A stretch of DNA of 64,000 bases. It comes from Macrostomum lignano. Taxonomy: Eukaryota. Of the stretch, positions 47,981 through 60,759 are shown piece after piece; the first letter of the stretch is position 1, and every line of letters starts with the position of its first letter. The stretch lies in NCBI GenBank assembly GCA_002269645.1, contig NIVC01002604.1, positions 62,001 to 126,000 on the forward strand, given 5' to 3'. A model generated the notes under the pieces. It worked only from the letters and a program-made list of their open reading frames with translations. It searched no databases and was not told where the DNA came from. The position numbers were made by a program, and so were the translations under genes.

Positions 47981-50141
47981 TTAAGCAACGTGTACAGCGG
48001 CCAGGAGGTCAGCCAGTTGGGCTTCCTCCGGCGTCCGGTTCAGCACGCTGCAGAAGTAGGCGGCAATATCGGCGTCGGCGTCGAGAGCGGCGCTCTCCAA
48101 TAGGAACGGATGCTGCAACAATTGCCGGTATTTTGGCCGCTTCTTGACGTCTTTAGTTAGGCAGAGATTAGCAAAACTGCGGGCCTCCTCGGAGTAGCGA
48201 ATATCGGTTAGCCTAGGTGGATCGCTCTTCACCACCTGTTCCAGCTGCTCAAACATTGTGCCCCACTGTCTATAGGGGAAGCGGCCGGTGCACAGTTCGT
48301 ACAACGAGATGCCTAACGACCAGACGTCGCTGCGCACGTCGTAGCCTTCGGTCATGCGCTGATGATCGATTCGTTCTGGCGCCATGTAGGGCCGGCAGCC
48401 GGCGTCGCGGGTCTTGGCTATGCTGTCAACCAGCTTGCCGGCTATACCGAAGTCGCACAGCTTCACCCGGCCCCGCCTGTCAGCCAGGATGTTGCTGGGC
48501 TTCACGTCTCGGTGCATCATGCCTAGCTTCTCTTTAAGATAGTCCAGCGCCGAAACTGTTGCCAAAGCGATCCGAGCGATTACAACCTCCGGGATGGCCT
48601 CGTGCAGATGGTGGTAGACAATTCTGCAGGTGGTGGTAGTTAATTGTAATTATAGGTAACAGGTAAGTAAACGTAATTTAACAGATCTGGAATCATGTAC
48701 TTATAGAAGACAAAACAAACTGTAAATCTACAGAATTCAGAAGTTTCAATCAACTTAGTTTTCCACTTAGGCAAAAGGTCTATTAATAAGAATGCTATAC
48801 TAAACCAATCATAAAGTCTGCTCATATTAGCATCACTTTCATGACATCCTGAATTCGGACTCCGGAAACAAAATTAGCACCCAGTCTCTGCACTGGATAT
48901 AATTTAAATTAAGTTTCATATTTTGATAATTTAGCTTTTAATAATTGTAATAATAATTGGTTGGTATTCTTGGTATTTTTAAACTTTATCAATTTTTTAA
49001 ATTTAAGTAATCTGTAGACATTGAGCCTCCAGACTTACTGCAGGAGGGGGTTGTAGCCTAGTGGTTAAGACCGTCAGAGCGTAGGACTCACAACTAGAAG
49101 GTCGGGGGTTCGATTACCAATCCCGGTCCTTGAGCAACTTAACTCTGCATTGCTTCAGTTCACCCAGCTGTAAAATGGGTGCCAGCATTTGCTGGGGTAA
49201 TTGAGGTTGTGCGTAGCGACCCCCCCCCCTCAGTCCTTGGACTAAACAGCCGTACGCAGCCTTCAGATGTTACTGAACTGTCCGTTACATATCTGGCCCA
49301 ATTATTATTATTATGCAGCTTCTGTAGGTTAGACAGGCTCAGAAATGTACAGGCCTACAGGGTAGGGTAGCGATGTTGATATTTTATTCGATTTTCAATT
49401 TATTTGACTAATGCCAGCTGACATCTTTGGCTTTCAATTCGATTCACAGGCAAGAATAATCACGCGGATATGTACTCAGGCACACGCTCACGTTATACAT
49501 GTAGCGACTCTAACCATCTCATCGTGCCTCTTTGGGTGGGGTCAACATACTTTTGAGAGAGAAGCATTCATTACTATGATTAGTGCGTTGTGGCAATTAC
49601 AGGCGCAAAATTGCTCGAACAAAAACGAACCTGTAGAACTTATCCAGACTAGTATCCATCAATTCCATGCAGATCCAGCAGTCGCCTTCCTTAAACAGTG
49701 CGCCATATGAGCGGGCTATAAATTCGCATTGACAATTGACAACTACATTCAATTCTAGCAGCATATTCTTCTGCTGCCGTTCGTCTACAGTTGATCGGAT
49801 CCGTTTAACGGCCAGCACGACTCCGGTGGGGGTGTAGCGCATCCGGTTCACTGCGCCAAATGCGCCGCGGCCAATCTCGCCTAGATCTTCCAGATCGTCA
49901 ACGCTAAACTGTCGCTCAGTGGCGTCGTCCGGCAATAATAACTTGCCAACCGCCGGCATCAACTGTTGATGCTGCTGCTGCTGCTGATTGTGCTGATTGT
50001 GCTGGCCAAGGACTACTGAGGGCCGGCCGATGCCCCCGACAGCCAGTTCTAGGCGTGGCCGGGGCCGCACTCGCTCCATGCCGGCTGTTAGCTGGCGCTG
50101 ATTGCTGCTCTGCAATTGGCAATTCATCTGTTTTTTAGCCC
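47981..50141 (-). CDS. MAP2K4: Dual-specificity MAP kinase kinase 4 (MKK4/SEK1), kinase-coding exons
   Basis: Exons 50141-49631 and 48623-47981 (phase 2, AG|A). GEIGRGAFGAV, LAVKRIRSTVDE, HRDVKPSN, and the MKK4-type activation loop DFGIAGKLVDSIAKTRDAGCRPYMAPERI. D-site-like RPRPRLEL near the N-terminus. Confidence 0.95.
49046..49314 (+). mobile_element. tRNA-derived CORE-like SINE, copy 2 (MAP2K4 intron)
   Basis: Colinear with 18902-19213: A box, partly altered B box, identical ttaactctgcattgcttcagttcacccagctgtaaaatgggtgccagcatt, and (ATT)n tail. Confidence 0.85.
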
Positions 50142-50151
50142 CTGGAACCTC

Positions 50152-51143
50152 AGTGAGTAAGGTGAGGCTTCTCAAAGTGAGTAAGGTGAAGATTCTCAAA
50201 GTGAGTAAGGTGAGGATTATCAAAGTGAGTAAGGTGAGGCTTCTCAAAGTGAGTCAAGTGAGGATTCTCAAAGTGGGTAGATGAAGATTCTCAAAGTGAT
50301 TAAAGTGAAGATTCGCTAAGTGAGTAAGGTGAAGATTCTTAAAGTGAGTAAGGTGAAGATTCTCAAAGTGATTAAGGTGAAGATTCTCAAAGTGAGTAAG
50401 GTGAGGATTCTCAAAGTGAGTAAGGTGAGGCTTCTCAAAGTGAGTCAAGTGAGGATTCTCAAAGTGGGTAGATGAAGATTCTCAAAGTGATTAAAGCGAA
50501 GATTCTAAAAGTGAGTAAGGTGAAGATTCTCAAAGTGAGTAAGGTGAGGATTATCAAAGTGAGTAAGGTGAGGCTTCTCAAAGTGAGTCAAGTGAGGATT
50601 CTCAAAGTGGGTAGATGAAGATTCTCAAAGTGATTAAAGTGAAGATTCTAAAAGTGAGTAAGGTGAAGATTCTCAAAGTGAGTAAGGTGAGGATTATCAA
50701 AGTGAGTAAGGTGAGGCTTCTCAAAGTGAGTCAAGTGAGGATTCTCAAAGTGGGTAGATGAAGATTCTCAAAGTGAGTAAGGTGAAGATTCTCAAAGTGA
50801 GTAAGGTGAAGATTCTTAAAGTGAGTAAGGTGAAGATTCTCAAAGTGATTAAGGTGAGGATTCTCAAAGTGAGTAGATGAAGATTCTCAAAGTGATTAAA
50901 GTGAAGATTCTAAAAGTGAGTAAGGTGAAGATTCTCAAAGTGAGTAAGGTGAGGCTTCTCAAAGTGAGTCAAGTGAGGATTCTCAAAGTGGGTAAGATGA
51001 AGATTCTCAAAGTGAGTAAGGTGAAGATTCTTAAAGTGAGTAAGGTGAAGATTCTCAAAGTGATAAGGTGAGGATTCTCAAAGTGAGTAAGGTGAGGATT
51101 CTCAAAGTGAGTAAGGTGAGGATTCTCAAAGTCAGTAAGGTGA
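50152..51143. repeat. 24-bp minisatellite, ~41 copies, with ~6-unit higher-order repeat
   Basis: Unit aaagtgagtaaggtgaagattctc. The ordered variant series (attatc, gcttctc, gtcaag, gggtagatg, gattaaag) recurs near 50200, 50530 and 50680. Confidence 0.95.
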
Positions 51144-52471
51144 GCTCTTCCACTGATTGTCTTAGCCAGGCTTCCTAGCATATTGCAGCCATTATATCAA
51201 GTAATGATAAGACCAGTGCTGATAATGCTAATGATAAGAACACTTAGGAAAATAAAAAAACTGCATAAAGTTTGATGACATTTAGGGATTTTTCATTCAT
51301 GTATTTTCTGCAAATAATGCACATTTTTTAATATACATACTGTGTACAATTTATTAAGTTCCATTTCAGTGCAGCATATGCTTAACCAGTGTCTATAAAT
51401 TGTCCTAAACAACCTTAATCACTCTTAAACAGTCTTCAGAATTACAATTAACTATTCAACATTAAACTACATTATATCAAAGTTGTTTGATAGTGACATG
51501 GTTTATACCAATTCAGCATATAACATTGCATTTTGTCATATTTTCATATTTACATACATATATAAGGCTGCTTATTAATAAAACATTTCCATATACTAGC
51601 TTGTAAAAATGAAAATCTTGCTTGTCCATATACTAAAAATGGTCTATTGGTATCTATCTATCTAGGTATGCGATTGATTTCAGAAAAAAACAATCTGATC
51701 TTTTTCAGCTTCAAAAAGAATAGCAGTCTTATTTATTCTTTAAAGCTTTATTATTCATACAAAGAAATATTAATAGAGTTTTGATCTTCATATAAAAAGA
51801 AATACAAGGCTTATACAATACAACAAATAATACTATTGATCATTTAAAAAAGCTTTATAGATTAAATTAATAAAATTGCATTCAGAAAGAAAATTAAAAG
51901 GTAACTAAATCCTAGCAAAATTGTGGCAAACTGCAAGAATAACTGGCTGGCATTTTGCTTGCAAATGCTTATATTAGTGATATAGTACTAGCTTATTTTT
52001 ACAGGATTTTATGTTGGGAAAACAAAAGATGTATATACAACAGGGCCAAATAAAAGTGGCTAAAAAAATCAGCTATATATAAACACTTGCTCAGTTATGA
52101 TAAGTGTTAAATGAGTAAGCTAATTGATTTAGTTAACATTATAGACCATAAAAACTCTGACTTTAAACTGATCTATACTTGAAGCTTTGCAAATTAAGAA
52201 ACTGAACCTTAATTTGAACATGCAACACATATACAGTAGTGTAGGCCATCTTCTAAAGGTGTTTTAAAGACTATATACATACTCAAACTGACTGTTAATC
52301 ATGTCCAATTTTCAAAAATTGTCTATTTAATGTTGATTTAGTTTTATTTGCAAAAAAATTGTTGCTTAAAAATGGTTTATGTTAATAGAAATATATTACA
52401 GATATAAAATATATCTTTTTCAATACTAATTAAAAGCTTTTGTTTATATCTTTTTAAATTAAAGCATATTA

Positions 52472-54217
52472 CAAGGGGTGTCCAAAAAGTAGTGGGACTT
52501 TTCAACATAGTTCATAGCTAGAGTCAGATACATAAATGGCATTGACATTTCATGAAAGCGGCTTTATCTATCTATGCAATACATTTTGAATTGTGTCAAT
52601 ATCCACTGGCATTCAAAAGTCATGAGCAATTTAGTGTAGTTCCCTAGGGAATAACCTACAGAAAATGTACACAATTTACACAATGATGCCTACAGATATA
52701 GTAATGCATGTCTATGGGCTGAACACCAAAACTATGAATACATGCAGCATCATCAAAGCCAGGCGATACTAAGCTTTACATTGACATCACAGCTCAGCCA
52801 GACATCTTGTCAACTTGCGCTTCTGAAGCAACAAAGTTTGTGCTAACATGTTGGACATCCACTCAAAAGAAGGGTAGCACCATGCCATTTTTACTCTATG
52901 GAGCCTTTGACACAATAGATTGGATATTTTAAATAAACTGCAGCATATCCATGGACAGCATGCAGTAAGCAAGAGCATGGTTTACTGGTGGATTGAAGAG
53001 TTTGAAGCTGGTTGAACCAATGTGGCGGCATTGCCAAAATCTGGTTGGCTAAAGATATCTGCATCCAAGACTCTGAGCAATCAAATTTTGGGCCTATTTG
53101 AAGACAATGCTTGCCTTATCATCAGGGAAATTGCTGACAGACTAGATATGCCAAAGTCCATAGTCCATCATTGCATCTGCAGCATGGATCTTGTCAAGCT
53201 CAGTGCCGTGGGTTCCGAGGCTTCTTACCCTGGAAATGAAAGCACAGCAACAGAACAAATGCAAGAGCAATCTCAGGTTTGTCGAAGAGCAAGGAAGGTG
53301 GGAGGCCTTTTGACAGCTCATTGTCACAGGTGTCGAAACCTGGCTGCCTCACTTCAACCCCACAACAAAAGAAGAGTCAAAGGTCTGGGCGATAAGGGGC
53401 TCCAACCCTCCAATCAAAGCTTGTCAAGAAGCTCATTGCCAGAAGCTGATGCTGCTGCTTTTATTTGATTGCCATGGCCCTCTGACTATCAACTTTCTAG
53501 AGCCAAACACAACTGTCAATGCAGATCACTACATCTTGTCTCTAAAGAAGCTCAAGGCTGACATCCACAATAAATGGTGCAGTGGAATCAAACCATCAGT
53601 GCTCCACCATGACAATGCCTGACTGCACATGCACACGGCCTCAAGGACAATGGAGGCAATTCAAGGCATGAAGCTCAAACTCCTGCCTCACCCACCTTAC
53701 TTGCCTGACTTGGCACTAGTGGACTTTGATCTTTTTTTCAAAACTGAAGGAGCTGCTACAAGGCAAAGTCTATGCCAATTGCCACTGCCTTGAAGAAGAG
53801 GTTTGATTTATCCTTGTTTATGCAATTCCCAAGGAGCAGTATGCACATGCAATTGATTCACTGCGTACTTGCTAGGAGAAGTGCATTAGCTGCAAAGGCA
53901 ACTTCATAGAGAAGGTCTCCATCCCTGATGACAAGGACAGTTGAGTTTGTTGTTAAGAAGACTTTCAAAGGACTTGCATCTGATAGATTAGTTGTCATGC
54001 TTTGCTTTACAACTACCTTTTAAACGTTTCTATAAGTTGTACCCTGGGGAACTGCACTAAATTGCTCATAACTTTTGAATGCCAGTAGATGTTAACATAA
54101 ATCAATTTTTTGCATAGATAGATAAAGCCACTTTCATGAAATGTCAATGCCATTTATGTATCTGATTCTAGCTATGAACCAAGTTGAAAAGTCCCACTAC
54201 TTTTTTAATGCCAATCA
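52472..54217 (+). mobile_element. Decayed mariner (DD34D-type) transposon with ~200-bp TIRs, copy A
   Basis: TA at both ends; TIRs 52472-~52670 and ~54020-54217. Transposase relics KLSA(R)WVPR, VTG(D>V)ETW, HHDNA*, PHPPY(S>L)PDLA(P>L)VDF, with stops and frameshifts. Confidence 0.9.
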
Positions 54218-54769
54218 TACTACAATTTTTATTTGCTCTTCAAATGATTTTTCTAGTTTTTTACTGCTTTAGCAATTCAAATAATTTTTTGATATATTTT
54301 GTTTAACATAAATTTAGTAAAGTAAAAATTATTTGTCTTTTTGCTTGCAAGCATGTAAGATTAAGAAATGACTAACTGACTATCCAATTTCTAATGTGCA
54401 ATGTATCCATGCAAATGAAAAGTAAGAACTAAGAACTTATAAGAATGCAACAATAAGTATACTATTAGAGTATATATGACAATAAAATTTATTGTAGTTT
54501 GTGCACTTTGCACTTGGTACCTAGACTATTTTTTATATTATTAATATTGTCTAGGACCTAGGTGTTTTGAAGCTGTCCTATAAAGAATTATTGCCTACAA
54601 GCATTGATAAAGGAGCTTGGACAAAAATTGAAGTTAGTATTGGATATACAAATTTGCTGAAATTAACTTTTAGGCATGCTAAATAGATTTGTACAAGGAC
54701 CTATATATACAAAATCCTTTATGCTTGCTAGATAAAGCCTTTCTTAGATAGGGACTTCATCAATGAGTG

Positions 54770-55620
54770 CTTTGTTATTGTGGCAAACTCTGTTGGCAAA
54801 CTCTGTCTATCTAGAATAGCATTCTGCTTTTGAGTATAAGCCTTTTATCATATATTATTTGATGGCACATTAAGATGTCAGACAATATGCATGGCCTACT
54901 AAAGACCTACTGCATTGATCTGGTTGCCTTCATCTTCACTCTTGATAAGAGCACTGATATAAAAGATATAGCCTAGCTGGCTATTTTTATCCATGGAGTC
55001 ATTATTGACTCAAGGTTCATAAGAAGTTTCTATAGCTTGTCCCATTGCATGGCATTACCACTAGCAAAGAAATCTTTGATGCTATGCTTAAGTGTGTCGA
55101 GCAGCACTCACTTGACCTTTTTTGCCTTGTGTGACAACCAATAATGTCCTAGCAATGACTAAGAAGAGGAAAGGTACTATATCATTGCTATCATTATAAG
55201 GCTGCCGGCTATATCTAGCTAATACAAAAGATGCATTGCATTATTTATCAAGAGGCCCTATGCATTAAGTCTGCCAAACTTTCTAATTTTACATTTATTA
55301 TAATGAAAGTTGTCAACTCTATCCTTTCTAGTAGCCTTAACTATTGCCTACCAGGTCTACTTTTGCTAAGTCTACTAGCTAAGCTGTGGGGTAATGATTT
55401 CTTGCATATGTGACTTATAGCAGGAGATTGCCACATTTCTGCACTAGAAAATTCTGCCCCATGCAGACTGCTTTTCTGACCCAAAATAGCTTGCTTGCCT
55501 AGCCTTGGTGACTGATATCATTGTACACCTAAATGTCTTCAATATAAAACTTAAAGGCTAGGAAATTCTCGTGAGGGACATGCATATTCAGATCATTGCT
55601 ATGGAACAGTGTACATCTAC
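54770..55620 (+). mobile_element. SPIN/Charlie-type hAT transposase relic (GTF2IRD2-like)
   Basis: FTLDKSTDIKDIA*LAIFIHGV (54935-55000) resembles the family motif SLALDESTD..DTAQL.IFIRGV; MHCIIYQEALC (55231) resembles HCIIHQEALC. Confidence 0.75.
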
Positions 55621-56005
55621 TCCTATCTCTCTCTTTTGCTCACTTAGTCTGGCACTATCATTGCCCTATACAAATATATATAGCTAACTACTCACTTTAA
55701 TAATTGATTTATTATACAATTAGTCATAGCAAGGGATCTAATGATTGTGATTTTTTGTGCATGATTGGAACTATAGTGTGTGTGAATTGTGCATGACTAT
55801 GAATTTTTTATAACATACATTTTAATTTAAACACAGAACTATTAGTGTTAATACTACCAAGTTAAGTAATTCTATTGATTTTCAAGCTTTGTTTTATTAT
55901 ATTTATTGTTTGACTATTTTTTATTATATGGCTGTGTTATATATGGATTGATTTGTTGCAATTTTGGTTTGCTTTTCACAATTGCTTCCTACCCTAGTCA
56001 ATGTA

Positions 56006-57791
56006 CAAGGGGTTATCCAAAAAGTCTTAGGATTTTCTCATATCACTCTTTTTAGCAGTTAGCAAGAGCAATAACAACTGATTTATTTCAAAGTGGCTTT
56101 ACTTACAAATAACACAATGAAAGAATTTTGAAAATACCACTATCTTTTGTAAAAGTTATGCCTCCTTAATTGCAGTAAGGTACTGCATCTCAATACATGA
56201 ACAGGAACTAGAACTAAACTACAATTTTGAAATCTCATAGAAATTAACAAAATTCAAACTTGTGCAAAAAATCTTTAGCATATGCCACATCATCACTTTT
56301 GTCTTTCTATATCTATGGTATGAGTAAAAGTTTCATTTGCTTCTACTTGTGTGGCACTCTGAAACAGCCCTTGAAAGAGACTCATTTTGAGATGCAGCTG
56401 AAGCCTTTGTTGCCAAGTGTTTGTCAAAATTTCTTCATAATCTGTGGATCATGGATATCTACTCAAAGACAACATAGCATAATAGCATTGCTTGGCCTAC
56501 ACCCTTTGGCATATGAGGTTGAATGGTGCTGAAATTCTGACATAGCTAAGCACAATTCATGGGCCTGAAGCAGTATCTAGGAGCACAGTGTACTGCTAGA
56601 TTGAAGAGTTTGAAGCTGGGTGTACAGATGTGGCTGATTTGCCAAGAACTGGATGATCTCCTACATCTGTTTCCAAAACTCTGGGAGATCAAATCCTAGA
56701 CCTCATTGAAACTGATACTCAACTGACAATCTGTGAGATTGCTGATCAGTTGGACATACCAAAGTCAACTGTCTATCTCTGCATGCAAAACATTGATCTC
56801 GTCAAACTGAGTGCTTGGTGGGTTCCAAGGATTCTCACCCCTGACATGAAGATGCAGCAAGAGCAGACCTATCAAGGCAATCTGACACTGGTTGATCAAC
56901 ATGGAGGATAGGGCTCTACCCATTTTCTGGTGGTCACTAGAGATGAAAAGTCCCCTACTTTGACCCTTTGACCAAGGAAGAGTCTAAGGTGTGGACAATG
57001 AAAGGTTCTGACCCCCTCACCAAGGCTTGATGTGAGACCCATTGCCAGAAAGTGATGCTGTTGCTCTTTTTTGACTGTCATAGACCACTGACAATTGACT
57101 TCCTGGAGCCAAATGCCACTGTCAATTCTGACCATTACATTAATTTGCTGAAGAAGCTGAAGAAGGATATCCCAAACAAGTGGAGAACTCCAACAAATCC
57201 AATGCTCCTCCATTATGACAATGCTTAGCCCCACACTGCATAAAAGATGGTAAAAGCAAACAACAAAATCCAATTCAACCTCCTACCACATATACCATAT
57301 TTGCTATACCAGCTGATTTTGCCATCTTTCCAAAACTCAAGCAGCTTCTAAGGGGCAGAGTTCATGCCAACCATGACTGTTCTTGAGCAGGAAGTGCAAT
57401 GGGTTCTTGTCCACAAAATGCCAAGGTAGGCGTATGCAGATGTCATTGATGACATGCTTACCTGGTGGAAGAAATGCATCCAACTGAAGGGTGACTATGT
57501 TGAGGTCTCAGTTGCCACTGAGGAATACATTTGAACATTTTTGAAAGACAACTGACTTACTGTTTTCTAGTGCTCCATATGCAGCATCCAAGTTCCTGTT
57601 CATGTATTGAGATGCAGTACCCCACTACAGTTAAGGAGGCATAACTTTTGAAAAGTTAGTGGTATTTTAAAAATTCTTTCATTGCATTATTTTTAAGTAA
57701 AGCCACTATAAAATAAATCAGTTGCTATTACTCTTGCTGACTGTTAAAAGAGTGATGCTAGAGAGTCCTAAGACTTTTTGGACACCCCTTG
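56006..57791 (+). mobile_element. Decayed mariner transposon with ~200-bp TIRs, copy B (related but distinct family)
   Basis: TA flanks; TIR tips caaggggt..tccaaaaagtc. Relics VKLSAWWVPR, VVTRDE, LLHYDNA*PH and PADFAIFPKLK. Confidence 0.9.
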
Positions 57792-58065
57792 TAATAAAGG
57801 AAATTGACTAGATTCATATAACACTTTCTGATCTTATTGCAATACATGGCTTAGGTATGCCAGATGCCTACCCTAATTGCGCCCCTATAGGCAAAACTTT
57901 CTTAGATAGGAAAATTTTCTAAAGTGCAACACGAGCATTAGGCATGTAGCGCCTGCACCTGCACACTGGTGGCTCCTGCTAGCTGCTGCACTAGCAAATA
58001 AATAGACATGGAAGGGGGTCTAATACCTTTGTGGAAGGGGCCTATACACTTGTAATTTATCATGC

Positions 58066-58380
58066 TTAGAGATGTTCCAAAATTTCAATTTTGATTTTCC
58101 TAAATTTTGAATTTTTAGGAACAAATTTTGATTTTAAAAAATTCAAAAGTCAAAATTTTGGAGGTGTCTAAAAAAGTGGCTAACAATAAACTAATTTCTG
58201 CTATCTATACATGTATTTTGTTTTGCATAAGCAGTAAATCAAAAGTAAAAAAGTCAATGTTGGTCATACTAAACTTTGTTTTTCTGAAATTGATTTCAGA
58301 AAATTTCAATTTCAATTTTGGAAAGTTAGCAAATTTTGATTTTAACAGAAAAATATAATGCTCTTTTGGAACATCTCTAA
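58066..58380. mobile_element. AT-rich MITE with 17-bp TIRs
   Basis: ttagagatgttccaaaa (58066-58082) and ttttggaacatctctaa (58364-58380). Confidence 0.65.
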
Positions 58381-58496
58381 TAATCCTCAAGTACAATAAA
58401 ATAATTTGACTCTTTTGAAGCGCGCATCTATAGGTTTTCAACATTTATTCCAATAGGGATTGTGCCACGATAGTATGATGGACAGGAGGAGCAATT

Positions 58497-58693
58497 CACT
58501 CTTCTTAGCCTCCCATTGCCTCCACTGCTTTGCCATGCTGCGCCACACCCAGTGTTGGCCAAAATATTCAAAAAAGTATTGGTGAAAACCTCCCATTCTT
58601 AGCCTTCTTAGCCTCCCATTGCCTCCACTGCTTTGCCACGCTGCGCCACACCCAGTGTTGGCCAAAATATTCAAAAAAGTATTGGTGAAAACC
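58497..58693. repeat. ~95-bp direct duplication
   Basis: cttcttagcctcccattgcc...gtattggtgaaaacc occurs twice. The copies differ at gccatgc versus gccacgc (a CpG transition). Confidence 0.85.
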
Positions 58694-60647
58694 AATACTC
58701 TGATACTCTTTCTGAAAAAAGTATTGCCAATACCTGAAAGTTCAATACCAAAATTTGAGTATTAACAATACCTTAATTCCAATACTTTATTCCAATACCC
58801 AGTTTTTGTGATTATGACTGTGGTCATAGTCAATCCCTAGTCATAGCCAAATATATAAATTGGCCCTACTAAGTCCAAGTGGCCATTTGAGTTATTTTTC
58901 ATGTCTGTCTAACACTATTGCAGCATTGAATTGTCTACATTGGCATTGCAAGTCATTGGACAGACAAGCACAATGGCAAACTTTATTTTTCTACCATCAT
59001 CCAAGCTATTCAATTCATCAAATAATTCTCAAGACTCAAGCAAGCAGTAGGCAGTCTGGTCAAGTAGATTTGATGATTCAATTGTAGCATCTAGAGTCTC
59101 AGAAAAACAAAATTTCAAGCTGCTTTCCTACATAGGAGGCAGAAAGCTAGCCAAGATCATAAGAGAAGTGCAAGCCAATTAGGGTTTGAAAAAGTTGTTA
59201 TTTGTTTTAGAGCAAAATCCTACTAACAGTGCTAAGAGATGTATTAAGAGAGTTAAGAGTTAGAAAAGTCTATGCAAAGATATATCAAGAGTAGTAGCAT
59301 AACCTCTAATCTCAGTAATATCTAGATTAGAAACTAGTACTTATAAAAAACTGCTTAGGTCATAAGACTATGGGGTTGTACTACAATATAAAGCTATTGT
59401 AGCGTAAGTTCAATTGTATGTCAGAACTTTACATTGCAGAGATAGGATCTAAGAATGATCTTATCTTACAATGGCTTTATAGAATGGGCCCTATTACTAT
59501 AATATATGGGACCATTATCAGAAATGTGATATAATTTAAATTATCAAATTCATAGAAACAAATGAACAATGGTTATTAAAAAAGCCCTATTATAACTTTA
59601 AGGATAGCTATGAAATTCTAAAGATAGGATAATATCCCTATTACAATTGGTGTTAAAAGTGGATATTTAAAAACTAAAAAGAACTATTATAACTAGTGGT
59701 ATCCCATAGTCAAGAAGATGGCAGGTATACACCGGAATGATTTTTTGGGATAGCTAATTATATGCCAACAAATGTAAGTATAGCCTGTCAAAATTTTCCT
59801 TAAAAAGTATTTCCTAAAAAGAAGTTGTTTAACTTAACAACTGTGTCTTAAAATTTTCTGAGTTATATTGTCTAGTACTAAAGATTCAGTTTTAGAGAAA
59901 AGGGTGCAAATAACTCTACTAGACAACCTTTTGGCACTCTGGGACTAGCGCCAATCACCTCAGGAGGCATAATTCCTACAGAGAGATAGAAAGACAGATA
60001 AAATACAATTTATTAATAAAATAGCGTAGCAAAATTGCAATGATAACTAATAAAATAAACTTAGCTGAATATACTAGATCATATAAAGAAAAATGAAAAT
60101 AAACATTTATTTAAAAAATATATATTGGCCCTAGTCTCTTTTAAAAAACAAATGATTTATTTATTGTATTCCATAGTAATTGACTTTTAGTTTAAGAAGT
60201 TTTGTAATAATAAACAATGTTTTCAAAATTATTCAAACAAAATAATAACATTTTCAACTTTTTATATTACTAGGCCTATTCTTACTTTTATGTTAAAATT
60301 ATATTTGGTTAAAATTATACTACATATAAAGCACGTAAGTGTGAAGTAAAAATTTATACTCATATCACTAGTATATATACCATGCTAAGTTTGTTACCCA
60401 TACTTTTATTATATGTTAGACTATATACCAAGCCAAGTATAACATAGCAAATGTACACCAAAGAAATCTATTGTAGGCCTATAGGCCACTTTGCTGACTA
60501 TAGGTGGCATCAGTGAATTTATAGAAAGAAAACTTACCCCTATTACAAAGTAAAACAATAAAACCCTTATTATAACTTAGTATCACTTAATACTTATCAG
60601 CTTTGAAATAGAAGTATTAGTACTATTACAACATTGATAATATAAAG

Positions 60648-60759
60648 GGCTATCCTGTAGTTTCGCACGTTAAATTATTTTACGGAATTATTTCGCCCTC
60701 TATTCAAGGGTGGTGGGGGGTGGGGGTAATAATTTAACGTGCGAAACTACAGGATAGCC
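60648..60759. mobile_element. 112-bp MITE with 32-bp perfect TIRs and 3-bp TSD (PIF/Harbinger-like)
   Basis: ggctatcctgtagtttcgcacgttaaattatt and its exact reverse complement; AAG flanks both sides. Confidence 0.7.
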
